Of a stretch of 44,140 nucleotides of DNA, positions 17,571-26,369 are shown in pieces. Positions within the stretch are counted from its first letter, which is position 1. The number at the start of each line of letters is the position of its first letter. The notes beneath the pieces are model-generated. The model did no database searches and was not told where the DNA came from. It saw only the letters and a program-made list of their open reading frames with translations. The position numbers and the translations under genes are program-made. This DNA is from Methanomicrobiales archaeon (GTDB lineage: Archaea; Halobacteriota; Methanomicrobia; Methanomicrobiales; JACTUA01), in NCBI GenBank assembly GCA_035310965.1, contig DATGDI010000008.1:1-44140 (forward strand), in the 5' to 3' direction.

Positions 17571-18116
17571 ATGCGCATCAAAATCTTTTGGGATCAGGAT
17601 GCGCCCCGGGGGCTGGAATCCGGCGTAGAGAAACGGATCCGGTCGATCCTGGGCAGTGACCTCGCGGTCGAGGAGAGCTGCATCCTCCTCTCCGGTTACG
17701 ATCGGGGACGGGACCAGTACGACGCCCAGAAGATCCTCTCGCGCATCCAGCTCTTCAAGAGGCAGAGAGGCTGCACCGAGCCCATCCTTCTCGTCGTCCC
17801 CCACGACCTCTCGGTCCGGGGGCAGGACTTCGTTTTCGGCCTCGCCCGGCAGTCGGTGGGCGCGGCCGTGGTCTCCACTGCACGCCTGGACAACGGGTAT
17901 TACGGCCGCACGCGGGAGGACTCCGATCTCACGGGACGGATCGCCAAGGAGGGGGCCCATGAGATCGGCCATCTCTTCGGCCTCGAGCACTGCGCCGATC
18001 CCGAGTGCGTGATGTTCCCCCCGAGAACTCTCGGAGAACTCGACCGGAAAAAGCTCGCCTTCTGCCCGGCCTGCGGAAAGAAATTCCGGATGAGCGAGGG
18101 TGTCGACTCCCTCTGA
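17571..18116 (+). CDS. amzA: archaemetzincin (zinc metallopeptidase)
   Basis: HEIGHLFGLEHC zinc motif, CVM, and C-terminal FCPACGKK. ATG 17571 is preferred; a TTG lies at 17565. Confidence 0.85.
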   Translation: MRIKIFWDQDAPRGLESGVEKRIRSILGSDLAVEESCILLSGYDRGRDQYDAQKILSRIQLFKRQRGCTEPILLVVPHDLSVRGQDFVFGLARQSVGAAVVSTARLDNGYYGRTREDSDLTGRIAKEGAHEIGHLFGLEHCADPECVMFPPRTLGELDRKKLAFCPACGKKFRMSEGVDSL

Positions 18117-18193
18117 CCGAACCCCGGGTCCCGCAGGGAGCCGGGGTTGTCCCGGGGGTTGTGGGCCCCTCGGGACGGAGCCGGGGTTCCCAC

Positions 18194-18790
18194 TCACTTC
18201 TTCTTCGCGAAGAACCGCCGGGGATCCATGTAGCTCCTGAGAACCCCTCCCTCGCGGGCGGGAAAGACCCCCTCGCTCGCGTGCCTGACATCCTCCACCG
18301 AGTAGAAGGCATGGGGGTTGAACTCCTTGATGATCCCGATGATCCTGGGGAGTTCCTGGCGTTTCACCACGGTGAAGACGATGGTCACGGGGCCCTCGGC
18401 ACCCTCTGCGGCATGGATCGTGAGACCATAGTCGGCCGCCTTCAGCGCGTCGACGAGAGTTGAGGAGTCCCGCCCGGTGATGACCCGCACGAGGACCGTG
18501 CCCAGGGAGAGCTTTTCCTCGAGGGTGATGCCGACATAGGTCCCCGTCGCAAACCCGGCGGCATAGGCGATGTAGATGGAGATATCGTTGATATCCCGCA
18601 TGATCTGCCCGATGGCAAAGAGCCAGATGGAGATCTCGAAGAAGCCGAGGAGGGGGGCGAGGTGCCGGTAGCCCCGGGAGACGAAGATGACCCGGATGGT
18701 CCCGAGGGAGACATCACAGATCCGTGCGACGAAGATGAGGACCGGAAGCACGATCCAGGTGAAAAGAGCCGAGTCGAGAAGCGAGAGCAC
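18194..18790 (-). CDS. UPF0316 membrane protein (DUF5698 + DUF2179)
   Basis: Three N-terminal TM helices plus a C-terminal DUF2179-like domain (VTIVFTVVKRQELPRIIGIIKEFNPHAFYSVEDV). Confidence 0.7.
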   Translation of the reverse strand: MLSLLDSALFTWIVLPVLIFVARICDVSLGTIRVIFVSRGYRHLAPLLGFFEISIWLFAIGQIMRDINDISIYIAYAAGFATGTYVGITLEEKLSLGTVLVRVITGRDSSTLVDALKAADYGLTIHAAEGAEGPVTIVFTVVKRQELPRIIGIIKEFNPHAFYSVEDVRHASEGVFPAREGGVLRSYMDPRRFFAKKK

Positions 18791-18866
18791 GAAAGACAGA
18801 CCCCGTTGCCTTTACAGGTACTCGTTTTTTCGATATAAGATGATGGGCACCATTCGGATGCCCGGT

Positions 18867-18874
18867 AAAAAAAA
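18867..18874 (-). terminator. T8 tract immediately after the HEAT-protein stop (minus strand)
   Basis: The plus strand reads AAAAAAAA directly adjacent to the stop codon at 18875-18877. Confidence 0.5.
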
Positions 18875-19465
18875 TCAGGCCTTCTCAGGCGGTTTCTCAG
18901 GGGGTTTTTCCGGGGGTTTCCCCTCCCCTTTCTTCTTCACGGTCTCCAGGGCCTGCTGGGCCGCCCTCTGCACCGCCGGGTTCGGGTCCTGGATCGCCTC
19001 GGAGAGGGCGGCGATGACCTGCTCCCCGGCGAACTGGCCGAGGGCCCAGGCGGCGTTCTTGCGCACATCAGCCTTCGGGTCCTTGAGGGCGGCGGTGAGG
19101 GGCCCGATGGCCCGGGGATCGCCGATCTTCCCGAGGGCCCACGCCGACCCCTGGCGGAGCCACTTCTCTCCCGTCTTCAGAGACTCGATCAGGGGTTCGA
19201 CTGCAGCGGGGTCCCGGATCTTCCCGAGGGCCTCGGCGGCCATCCAGGAGACATCCTGGAACGGGTCCCTGAGGGCCGCGATGAGGGGCCCGACCGCCCT
19301 CGGGTCCCGGGCCTCACCCAGGGCCTCGGCCGCCCGCCACCGGACGTTCAGCTCCGGGTGTACCAGGAGATCGATGAGGTAGGGGACCTCGTCGACCTTC
19401 TCCTCCTCGGGTACATCCGGCTGTGCGGTTTCTGCCTCTCCTCCGGGCGGATCGGGGTCGGCCAT
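18875..19465 (-). CDS. HEAT-repeat (PBS-lyase type) protein with a KPPEK-repeat tail
   Basis: Five repeats of the R..AA.ALG.IGDPRAV.PL type. The C-terminus is GEGKPPEKPPEKPPEKA. Confidence 0.8.
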   Translation of the reverse strand: MADPDPPGGEAETAQPDVPEEEKVDEVPYLIDLLVHPELNVRWRAAEALGEARDPRAVGPLIAALRDPFQDVSWMAAEALGKIRDPAAVEPLIESLKTGEKWLRQGSAWALGKIGDPRAIGPLTAALKDPKADVRKNAAWALGQFAGEQVIAALSEAIQDPNPAVQRAAQQALETVKKKGEGKPPEKPPEKPPEKA

Positions 19466-19633
19466 GTGCGAAAACCTCGGATAGTCGGGAGTTTACGGCT
19501 TCATTGCACTAATGGTTTGCGGTTTCTGGTATCGGCGGGAAATCCGATGAGGAGAGCGGGCCCGGTGAACCGAAAGGATTTATGAGGGGCTCCCGAACCT
19601 ATTTCAGGGGATACCCTCGGGAAGGGACACGGG

Positions 19634-20044
19634 ATGCACCGGGCCGTTGCGCGATTGAAGGTGGAGCTCATCATCCTTTTCGGATTTGCCATCGGCCTGC
19701 TCATCCTGACGGGATTTTTCATGGATCCCTCCTACTACTATCCGGACAATGTCTTCTGGCCCCTCACGGCCTTCATCGAAAACCTCCTTCCTGACATCTA
19801 CATCCGGGTGACCGCCGGCCTCCTCCTCCTCCTCCTCCTCGGCCTCTCGGTCAAAAGGGTCTATGCCATCGGGGGACCCGGCGCCATCATCGGGGCCGTC
19901 ATGGGTTTCCTTGCCGGGCTCGCGACGCCCTCGGATCTCCTCGTCGGCCTCGTGATGCTCGGGATCGGGCTCGCCTGCGGCTACATCGCGGTCACGGGCC
20001 TTCGGACCCTGAAGGGTTCCTGGGTCGTGAGGCCCCGGGGCTAG
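19634..20044 (+). CDS. hypothetical membrane protein (3-4 TM helices)
   Basis: 136-aa hydrophobic ORF with a normal, non-artefactual composition. Its TAG shares the palindrome CTAG with the nadC stop. Confidence 0.5.
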   Translation: MHRAVARLKVELIILFGFAIGLLILTGFFMDPSYYYPDNVFWPLTAFIENLLPDIYIRVTAGLLLLLLLGLSVKRVYAIGGPGAIIGAVMGFLAGLATPSDLLVGLVMLGIGLACGYIAVTGLRTLKGSWVVRPRG

Positions 20045-20889
20045 CCGGTCCGGGAGACGACCTCGAGGGAGAGGTCGAGGGCACGGGCCGAGTGCGTGAG
20101 GGAACCGGAAGAGATCCGGTCGAGGTCGAGGGAGGCATACTCCTCCAGATTCCCCGGGCCGATCCCCCCCGAGGCCTCGAGGAGGACCCGCCTCCGGAGG
20201 CCCCGTGCCTCGAGCTCCCGGATGGCATCCCCGATGGAAGGGGGGTCCATGTTGTCGAACATGATGACCCCCGCGCCGGCCTCGGCGGCAAGGACCGCCT
20301 CCTCGCGGCTCGTGACCTCCACCTCGATCCGGCCGGAGGGGGCCCGGCCCCGTGCCCTCCTCACCGCTTCCCCGAGGGGGAGGAGTCTCAGGTGGTTGTC
20401 CTTGATGAGGATCGCATCCGAGAGGGTGGCCCGGTGTGCCTCCCCTCCGCCCAGGACCACGGCCTTCTTGTCGAGCACCCGCATCCCCGGGCAGGTCTTT
20501 CTCGTCGCTGCGATCCGGAGGGACGGCCTCACTCTCCTCGCCGCCTCGACCATGGCACGGGTGGCCGTTGCGATCCCGCTCATCCGCGAGAGGATATTCA
20601 GGGCCGTCCGCTCCACGAGGAGGATCCGGTCCGCCTCCCCCTCCAGGGAGAGGACAAGGGACCCCGGGGTGCAGGGATCCCCGTCCCGGATCCCCGTTGT
20701 GACGGTGACTTCGAAATGGGAGAACAGGGCAGATACTTCCTCGATCCCGGCGATCACTCCGGTCGCCTTCGCCCGGATCTCGGCCCGGCACCGGCCGAGG
20801 GGGGCGAGGGCCGAGGAGGTGAGGTCCCCGGTCGGGGCGTCCTCCTCGACGAACCGGAGGAGATCGGCGAGGGGCAGGGAGGAGGGCAT
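20041..20889 (-). CDS. nadC: nicotinate-nucleotide pyrophosphorylase (carboxylating)
   Basis: ...ERTALNILSRMSGIAT...ATRKTCPGMR...KKAVVLGGGEAHR...ILIKDNH. ATG at 20889 lies within ORF 20041..21084. Confidence 0.85.
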   Translation of the reverse strand: MPSSLPLADLLRFVEEDAPTGDLTSSALAPLGRCRAEIRAKATGVIAGIEEVSALFSHFEVTVTTGIRDGDPCTPGSLVLSLEGEADRILLVERTALNILSRMSGIATATRAMVEAARRVRPSLRIAATRKTCPGMRVLDKKAVVLGGGEAHRATLSDAILIKDNHLRLLPLGEAVRRARGRAPSGRIEVEVTSREEAVLAAEAGAGVIMFDNMDPPSIGDAIRELEARGLRRRVLLEASGGIGPGNLEEYASLDLDRISSGSLTHSARALDLSLEVVSRTG

Positions 20890-20890
20890 T

Positions 20891-21649
20891 TCAGGTGCCC
20901 ACCACGAGGGGCCCGTCCAGGTTCCGGAGGAGCGTGAGGATGGAAAGGGCCGCGAGGTAGCTCGTGGCCGGGTTATCGGGGCTCGGGACATTGGAGACCC
21001 GGATGAAGATCTCCCCGAAGTCCCCTTCTGCCTCGATCTCGTGGATGTTCCGGTCCACGGAGGGGTCGATCCAGATCTCGACATCTGCCTCCCGCCCGGC
21101 GGCGAGGCCGAGGGCCACGGCCACGTTGATGTTCTTCGGGAACTCCCGGATGCAGTCGTTGGCCTTCCCCGAAAAAATCATCATCCTCTTTTCGGCCCGG
21201 ATGTTCAGGGAGTCCGGGCTCTTCGTGGTCCTGAGGAGGAGCCTCTTTAAGGGGGAGATCTGGCCGACCTTCAGGTTGTCGAGCCCGAGGATGGCCCCGC
21301 TCGGGATGTGGATCCTCCGCTTCTTCTCCCCCGCGAGAGCGACGAGCCGGTCCCGGAAGGGCCGGTCGGCGAGGGCCCCGACGGAGAGGATGACGAGGTC
21401 CTTCCCGTGGGAGAGGATCTCCGCGGCATGCTCCCTGACCGCGGCCACCGAGGCCGCCTCCACGATGACATCGAGGTCCGCACGGACGAAGTCCGCGAAG
21501 TCCCGGTATGCCACGGCACCGCAGAGCCCGGCAACCTCCTCGGCCCTCTCGGGGATCCGGTCATGGACCGCGGCGATCTCAACCCCGACCCGCTCCCTTG
21601 CGATGATGCGCCCCACGTTTCCGCATCCCAGGAGGCCGACCCGGATCAT
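20891..21649 (-). CDS. nadX: L-aspartate dehydrogenase
   Basis: MIRVGLLGCGNVGR Rossmann start, 252 aa, immediately upstream of nadC. ATG at 21649 lies within ORF 20891..22318. Confidence 0.8.
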   Translation of the reverse strand: MIRVGLLGCGNVGRIIARERVGVEIAAVHDRIPERAEEVAGLCGAVAYRDFADFVRADLDVIVEAASVAAVREHAAEILSHGKDLVILSVGALADRPFRDRLVALAGEKKRRIHIPSGAILGLDNLKVGQISPLKRLLLRTTKSPDSLNIRAEKRMMIFSGKANDCIREFPKNINVAVALGLAAGREADVEIWIDPSVDRNIHEIEAEGDFGEIFIRVSNVPSPDNPATSYLAALSILTLLRNLDGPLVVGT

Positions 21650-21844
21650 CAGTAACCGGATACGCTTTTCACGGTTAAGCGTTATGCTCTCCACCGGTGC
21701 TTCGCCCCGTTGGTTCCCCCTCGGGCTGATGCCCATCGGGCTCCTCGCTCGGCCGGCGTGGACTATAGCCGGCGAGACGGGTTCCGAGGGCTTAAGACGC
21801 GGCAAGGCGATGATCCTGTTCCCGGGCGGATGAAGGGTGAAAGC

Positions 21845-22411
21845 ATGGAGACCCTCTACGTGAAGGATCGGGAGGAATGGCGTGCCTGGCTCTCGGCAAA
21901 TCATGACCTGAGGGACGACATCTGGCTTCTGTACCCAAAGAAACATACGGGGAAACCCCGTATCCCCTACGCGGACGCCGTCGAGGAGGCCCTCTGTTTC
22001 GGCTGGATCGACAGCAATGCGAAGCGGATCGATGATGACACCTTTGCCCAGCGTTTCACCAGGCGGAAGGGTAAGGGGTCCTTCTCCCAGGCAAACATCG
22101 AGCGGATGAGGCGGCTCATACGGCTCGGGAGGATGACATCCGCCGGCCTGGCGGTCTTCCCCGACCTTCGGCTCCTGGAGGGGGAGCAGGAGCTCCGGAT
22201 CGCCCCTGACATCCTCGAGGCCCTCCAGGAGGATCCGCAGGTCTGGGAGAATTTCCAGCGGTTCCCGGCGATCTACCGGAGAATCAGGATCGCATACATC
22301 GAAGGAGGGAGAAGGCATGGGGAGGATGCTTTCCGGAGGCGCCTGCGTAACTTCATCAGGAAGACGAAGGCGAACCGGAGGTTCGGCTTCGGGGGAGTGC
22401 AGACCGAATAA
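21845..22411 (+). CDS. YdeI/OmpD-associated family protein
   Basis: EWRAWLSANH...IWLLYPKK...YADAVEEALCFGWIDS...FTRRK is typical of the YdeI (PF13376) family. An alternative ATG lies at 21830. Confidence 0.65.
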   Translation: METLYVKDREEWRAWLSANHDLRDDIWLLYPKKHTGKPRIPYADAVEEALCFGWIDSNAKRIDDDTFAQRFTRRKGKGSFSQANIERMRRLIRLGRMTSAGLAVFPDLRLLEGEQELRIAPDILEALQEDPQVWENFQRFPAIYRRIRIAYIEGGRRHGEDAFRRRLRNFIRKTKANRRFGFGGVQTE

Positions 22412-22479
22412 CGTGGTGCCGTTCCCGCCGTTTTCCGGACACTGACTCGGCCGTTCCGTGAGAAAGGCGCAGGGTATAT

Positions 22480-23094
22480 GTGCCGGGCAAGCTCTCAGGG
22501 ATTAAACCGGGAGAGAAGAGCCCCATGGACGATATCGAGAAGGGTTTTGACCTGATCTTCGAACAGCTCGAGGAATTGAACACGGGGAAGGAGGACAAGG
22601 CAAGGCAGATCCTCGAGGGGAAGGCGAGGCTCCTCGAAAAGATGGCCAAAACTTCGGCACCCGTGATCTCCCGGGTCGGCCTCTCCATGGTGAAGCGGGC
22701 CAAGCTCGACAGCAAAGGAGAACCGTACAACGCGGAGTACTACCAGGAGAAGTTCCTCATCCTCGGGAAGACCGAGCCCGCAAAGTTCCGGCCCGATGAC
22801 GTGACAAGGCCCATCGCCGACCAGTTCTGCGTCCTGTCCGAGGACGGTAAGTTCTACGAGATCATGTACAGCTCGGATCCCGTCTTCATGGACTCGTACC
22901 TGAACCCCCTTACCCCGGAGCAGGTCCTCGATATCTACGGCCTCGAGGCCATGTTCATGCTCTACCGGGCCATGAGGGACTACCTGGAGACAGACCGGGA
23001 TATCGTCGAGGCGCTCGGGAAGGTGATCGATTTCCTCTTCGGGGCACCTGCCCTCCCCTCCGAAGAGGGGAAGAAGGAGCCCGCCGGCGGATAG
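22480..23094 (+). CDS. hypothetical protein (soluble, charged)
   Basis: 204-aa ORF with non-artefactual composition and no family I recognise. ATG 22525 (MDDIEKG) is an equally plausible start, downstream of the GTATAT element at 22474-22479. Confidence 0.5.
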   Translation: MPGKLSGIKPGEKSPMDDIEKGFDLIFEQLEELNTGKEDKARQILEGKARLLEKMAKTSAPVISRVGLSMVKRAKLDSKGEPYNAEYYQEKFLILGKTEPAKFRPDDVTRPIADQFCVLSEDGKFYEIMYSSDPVFMDSYLNPLTPEQVLDIYGLEAMFMLYRAMRDYLETDRDIVEALGKVIDFLFGAPALPSEEGKKEPAGG

Positions 23095-23103
23095 ATTGCG
23101 GGA

Positions 23104-23363
23104 CCGTCACTTCCCACCTTACGGTGGGAATGACGTGTTCACTCGCCCTTGGCTCGCGAACCCGTCACTTTCCACCTTACGGTGAGAATGACGGATCCGT
23201 GGGCACATAGCCCACGGGCCCGTCACTTCCATCCGAACATGGGAAAAGGGGACCGTGGATGCGAACCCAGGGGACCCTCATTTCCCACCTTACGGTGAGA
23301 ATGAGGTGTTCACTCGCCTGTGGGCTCGCGAACCCCTCATTTCCATCCGAAGATGGGAAAGAC
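23104..23363. repeat. tandem array of ~58-bp units (4.5 copies), each carrying a 28-32-nt hairpin
   Basis: Hairpins lie at 23106-23134, 23164-23192, 23222-23253, 23277-23305 and 23336-23363 (TCAYTTCC[CACC TTAC GGTG / ATCC GAAS ATGG]GRAA...). Spacers end in GCGAACCC or a GC hairpin (CCGTGGGC-ACATA-GCCCACGG, 23197-23217). Confidence 0.8.
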
Positions 23364-23795
23364 GGGCTTTAAGAGATCCTCCTCGCTCTCCCCGGTCGCC
23401 GAGAGCCGGATGGTCCGGGTGAATTTCCGCCCGGCGCCGTTCTCGTAGCTCACGAGGGCCTTGGCCTCGGAGATCATGCCCGGCAGGGAAACCTCGTACC
23501 TCCCGTCGGCGGCAAGCTCGGGAAGGTCGAACTCCCGGTCGAGGGGGACCAGGGTGACGTGGATGGCGAGGGCCCGGTCATTGCCCCGGTTCACGAGCAC
23601 GACCTTTTTCGCGTCCTCGGAGAGGAAACAGGCCACCTCGGGGAGGTGATGGGTCTCCCCCATGATGTGGAAGGCGATGGCAAGGGTGATATCGAGGATG
23701 AGGACGATCCCCGCGAGATAGATGTCCACGAGGAGGAAGAGGACTCCCGCGATGACGAGACCGCCGATGAGAATCCCCGCCTGCCGCGCATCCAT
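23337..23795 (-). CDS. hypothetical membrane-anchored protein (2 TM helices + ~100-aa soluble domain)
   Basis: ATG at 23795 (MDARQAGILIGGLVIAGV...). The longer track ORF (to 24050) would run through tRNA-Ile. The last ~8 codons (PVFPIFGWK) lie inside the final repeat unit. Confidence 0.5.
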   Translation of the reverse strand: MDARQAGILIGGLVIAGVLFLLVDIYLAGIVLILDITLAIAFHIMGETHHLPEVACFLSEDAKKVVLVNRGNDRALAIHVTLVPLDREFDLPELAADGRYEVSLPGMISEAKALVSYENGAGRKFTRTIRLSATGESEEDLLKPVFPIFGWK

Positions 23796-23822
23796 TGGAA
23801 ATCCCTCTCTCGTATTCTCGAA

Positions 23823-23896
23823 TGGGCCCGATGCGGTTCGAACGCATGACCTCCCGGTTATCAGCCGGGCGCACCACCTGGCTATGCTACGGGCCC
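23823..23896 (-). tRNA. tRNA-Ile (anticodon GAU)
   Basis: Hand-folded cloverleaf: GGGCCCG/CGGGCCC acceptor, CCCGG-CTGATAA-CCGGG anticodon arm, ATGCG-TTCGAAC-CGCAT T-arm; 74 nt, no encoded CCA. Confidence 0.85.
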
Positions 23897-24015
23897 GGAT
23901 AGAAGGTAATACCCTATAGTCTAAAGCACCCGGGTTTTTATAGGTTATGAATGAAAAATCAGCATATCGAGCCCGCCCCGGTTCCCTCCGGGGCAGGAAA
24001 CCGGTGATTCCCTCC

Positions 24016-25785
24016 ATGACGAAACGGTATCTCCTGGGCAACGAGGCCATCGCCCACGCGGCCCTCGAAGCCTCGGTGGACTTCGCGAGCGGCTACCCCG
24101 GCACCCCGTCCTCGGAGGTGATCGACATCCTCCGGGTCCAGGAGGAGCGGCCCCTCTACGTGGAATGGTCGGTGAACGAAAAGGTGGCCTTCGAGAACGC
24201 CCTCGCGGCGGCCTGGTGCGGCCTGCGGGCCCTCGTGACCATGAAGCACGTCGGGATGAACGTCGCCGCCGACCCCCTCATGACGAGCGGATACACCGGG
24301 GTGAACGGCGGCTTCGTCATCATGTGCGCCGACGATCCCTTCGCCCACAGCTCCCAGAACGAGCAGGACACCCGTTGCTATGCCCGGTTCGCCCACCTCC
24401 CCTGCCTCGACCCGGCCACCGTCCAGGAGGCCCATGACATGGTCATCGATGCCTTTGCCCTCTCGGAGGAGATCGGCCTCCCGGTCATCTTCCGGCCCAC
24501 GACCCGGATCTGCCACTCCCGGAGCGACGTAACCCTCGGGAAGGCCGGGACAGGGACCCGCAAGGCGGAGTTTCCCCGCGACCCGAAAAGGTTTGTTCTG
24601 ATCCCCGGGCATGCCCGGCCCCTCCACAGGGCCCTGAACGAGAAGCAGCCGAAGGTCACGAAGGTCCTCGCCGACAGGAACTACAATCGGTTCGAAAGGA
24701 GGGGGAAAAATGCCATCATCGCGGGCGGCATCGGGGTGACCTACGCTGAGGAGATCCTTCCCAAGGGGGTCTCCCTCGGGAAGATCGGCGCCTATCCCGT
24801 CGACTGGGAGGCTCTCCGCACCTTCATCGAAGGGCACCGGAAGATCCTCGTCATCGAGGAGGGAGAGCCCGTCATCGAGGAGCTGGTGCGCCAGGTATCC
24901 GGCGGGGTGCCGGTCGCGGGGAAGATCGACGGAACGGTACCGTCCGAGGGGGAGCTCTCCCTCGCCCCGGTCTCGGCCATCCTCGCGGCAAAGGGATACA
25001 TCCCGAAGCAGACCGGAGCCCCGCCGGCACCGGTCCCGGACGTCCCCATGCGCCCCCCCATCATGTGCGCCGGGTGCATGCACCGCCCCACCTTCTTTGC
25101 CATCAAGAAGGTCTGGCGCGACGCGGTCTACCCGAGCGACATCGGCTGCTACACCCTCGGGCTCCAGCTCGGGGTCGTGGATACCACCATCTGCATGGGG
25201 TCGGCCCCGTCGCTCGGGAGCGGGATCAACCATGCCGGGGATCCCCGGGAAGTGGTCGCAACCATCGGTGATTCCACCTTCCTCCACTCAGGGATCCCCG
25301 GGCTCCTGAACGCCGTGTACAACGGGGCGGAGATGACCCTCGTGATCCTGGACAACCGGACCACGGCGATGACCGGCCACCAGCCGAACCCGGTCTCCGG
25401 CATGACCGCGGCGGGGGAGACAAGGGCGCCCGTCTCCCTGGAGGCCATCTGCCGGGCGTGCGGGGTCATCTTCGTGGAGACGGTCTCCCCCTATGACCTG
25501 GCTTCCACCGTCGAGGTAATGAAGGCGGCGAAGGCCCAGAAGGGGGTAAAGGTCGTCATCGCGAAGCAGCCCTGCGTCATCACCGCGCGGAGGGCCGGCG
25601 TCCGGCGGGGAGCCTACGAGGTGGACCGGGACGCATGCACCGTCTGCGGGACCTGCATCCGGTTCGGGTGCCCTGCCATCGAGATGGTTGACGACCGGGC
25701 TGCCATCAACGAGCTCTGCAGCGGGTGCGGGGTCTGCGCCCAGATCTGCCCGTCGGGGGCCATCGGCCCGGAGGGAAAGGCATGA
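24016..25785 (+). CDS. iorA: indolepyruvate:ferredoxin oxidoreductase alpha subunit
   Basis: YLLGNEAIAHAALEA...GYPGTPSSE, a TPP motif region, and C-terminal 2x[4Fe-4S] (CTVCGTCIRFGCP, CSGCGVCAQICP); 589 aa. Confidence 0.85.
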   Translation: MTKRYLLGNEAIAHAALEASVDFASGYPGTPSSEVIDILRVQEERPLYVEWSVNEKVAFENALAAAWCGLRALVTMKHVGMNVAADPLMTSGYTGVNGGFVIMCADDPFAHSSQNEQDTRCYARFAHLPCLDPATVQEAHDMVIDAFALSEEIGLPVIFRPTTRICHSRSDVTLGKAGTGTRKAEFPRDPKRFVLIPGHARPLHRALNEKQPKVTKVLADRNYNRFERRGKNAIIAGGIGVTYAEEILPKGVSLGKIGAYPVDWEALRTFIEGHRKILVIEEGEPVIEELVRQVSGGVPVAGKIDGTVPSEGELSLAPVSAILAAKGYIPKQTGAPPAPVPDVPMRPPIMCAGCMHRPTFFAIKKVWRDAVYPSDIGCYTLGLQLGVVDTTICMGSAPSLGSGINHAGDPREVVATIGDSTFLHSGIPGLLNAVYNGAEMTLVILDNRTTAMTGHQPNPVSGMTAAGETRAPVSLEAICRACGVIFVETVSPYDLASTVEVMKAAKAQKGVKVVIAKQPCVITARRAGVRRGAYEVDRDACTVCGTCIRFGCPAIEMVDDRAAINELCSGCGVCAQICPSGAIGPEGKA

Positions 25786-26369
25786 CCGGCTCCTACGACC
25801 TCCTCATCGTGGGAACGGGGGGGCAGGGGGTGATCCTCGCCTCCAACGTCATCGGTGAGGCCTGCATGATCGAGGGCCGCGGGGTGAAGGCCGCCGAGAC
25901 CCATGGCATGGCCCAGCGCGGGGGATCGGTGGAGTGCCACATCAGGATCGACGGGCAGTTCGGCCCTCTCATCCCTCCGGGCGGGGCAGACCTCCTCATG
26001 GCCTTCGAGCTCCTGGAGGCCCTGCGGTACCGCCACTACCTGAAGCCGGGCGGGGCCCTCGTGGCAAACCGGCTCGTCCAGGTTCCGACATCCGTCTATA
26101 TGCAGAAGCTCGAGGTCCCGACCGAGGAGAAGATCCTCGGGCGTATCGCCGACCTCGGTCCCTGCGTTCTCGATGCAGACAAGAAAGCGGTGGAGGCAGG
26201 GAGTCCCCTCACCCAGAATATGGTCATGGTGGGGGCGGGGTCCCTCCGGATCCCCCTCAAGCAGGAGTCTCTCGAGGAGGCCATCCGCCGGTCGGTCCCC
26301 CCGAAGACCGTCGATATGAACCTGCGTGCCTTCCGGCTCGGGAGGGAGGCAGCAGGGGAATGCCGGTGA
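25782..26369 (+). CDS. iorB: indolepyruvate:ferredoxin oxidoreductase beta subunit
   Basis: YDLLIVGTGGQGVILASNVIG...ETHGMAQRGGSV. ATG 25782 overlaps the iorA stop (ATGA). Confidence 0.85.
   Translation: MTGSYDLLIVGTGGQGVILASNVIGEACMIEGRGVKAAETHGMAQRGGSVECHIRIDGQFGPLIPPGGADLLMAFELLEALRYRHYLKPGGALVANRLVQVPTSVYMQKLEVPTEEKILGRIADLGPCVLDADKKAVEAGSPLTQNMVMVGAGSLRIPLKQESLEEAIRRSVPPKTVDMNLRAFRLGREAAGECR

Noticed and set aside
21650-21844. Structured-looking GC-rich gap upstream of nadX and ydeI (hairpins ACGCTT...AAGCGT, GCCGGC...GCCGGC) as a riboswitch or ncRNA
   Set aside because: I recognise no conserved riboswitch or RNase P/SRP signature. It is a divergent promoter region, and there is not enough evidence to call an RNA.
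23104-23363. Possible CRISPR array
   Set aside because: Spacers between the hairpins are themselves repeated (units 1 and 4). The units are palindromic, about 28-32 nt, with only ~26-nt intervening segments. There are only 4.5 copies and no cas genes or leader.
23796-24050. N-terminal 85 codons of track ORF 23337..24050
   Set aside because: This extension runs straight through tRNA-Ile (23823-23896) and the iorA promoter region. The internal ATG 23795 begins a sensible TM segment.
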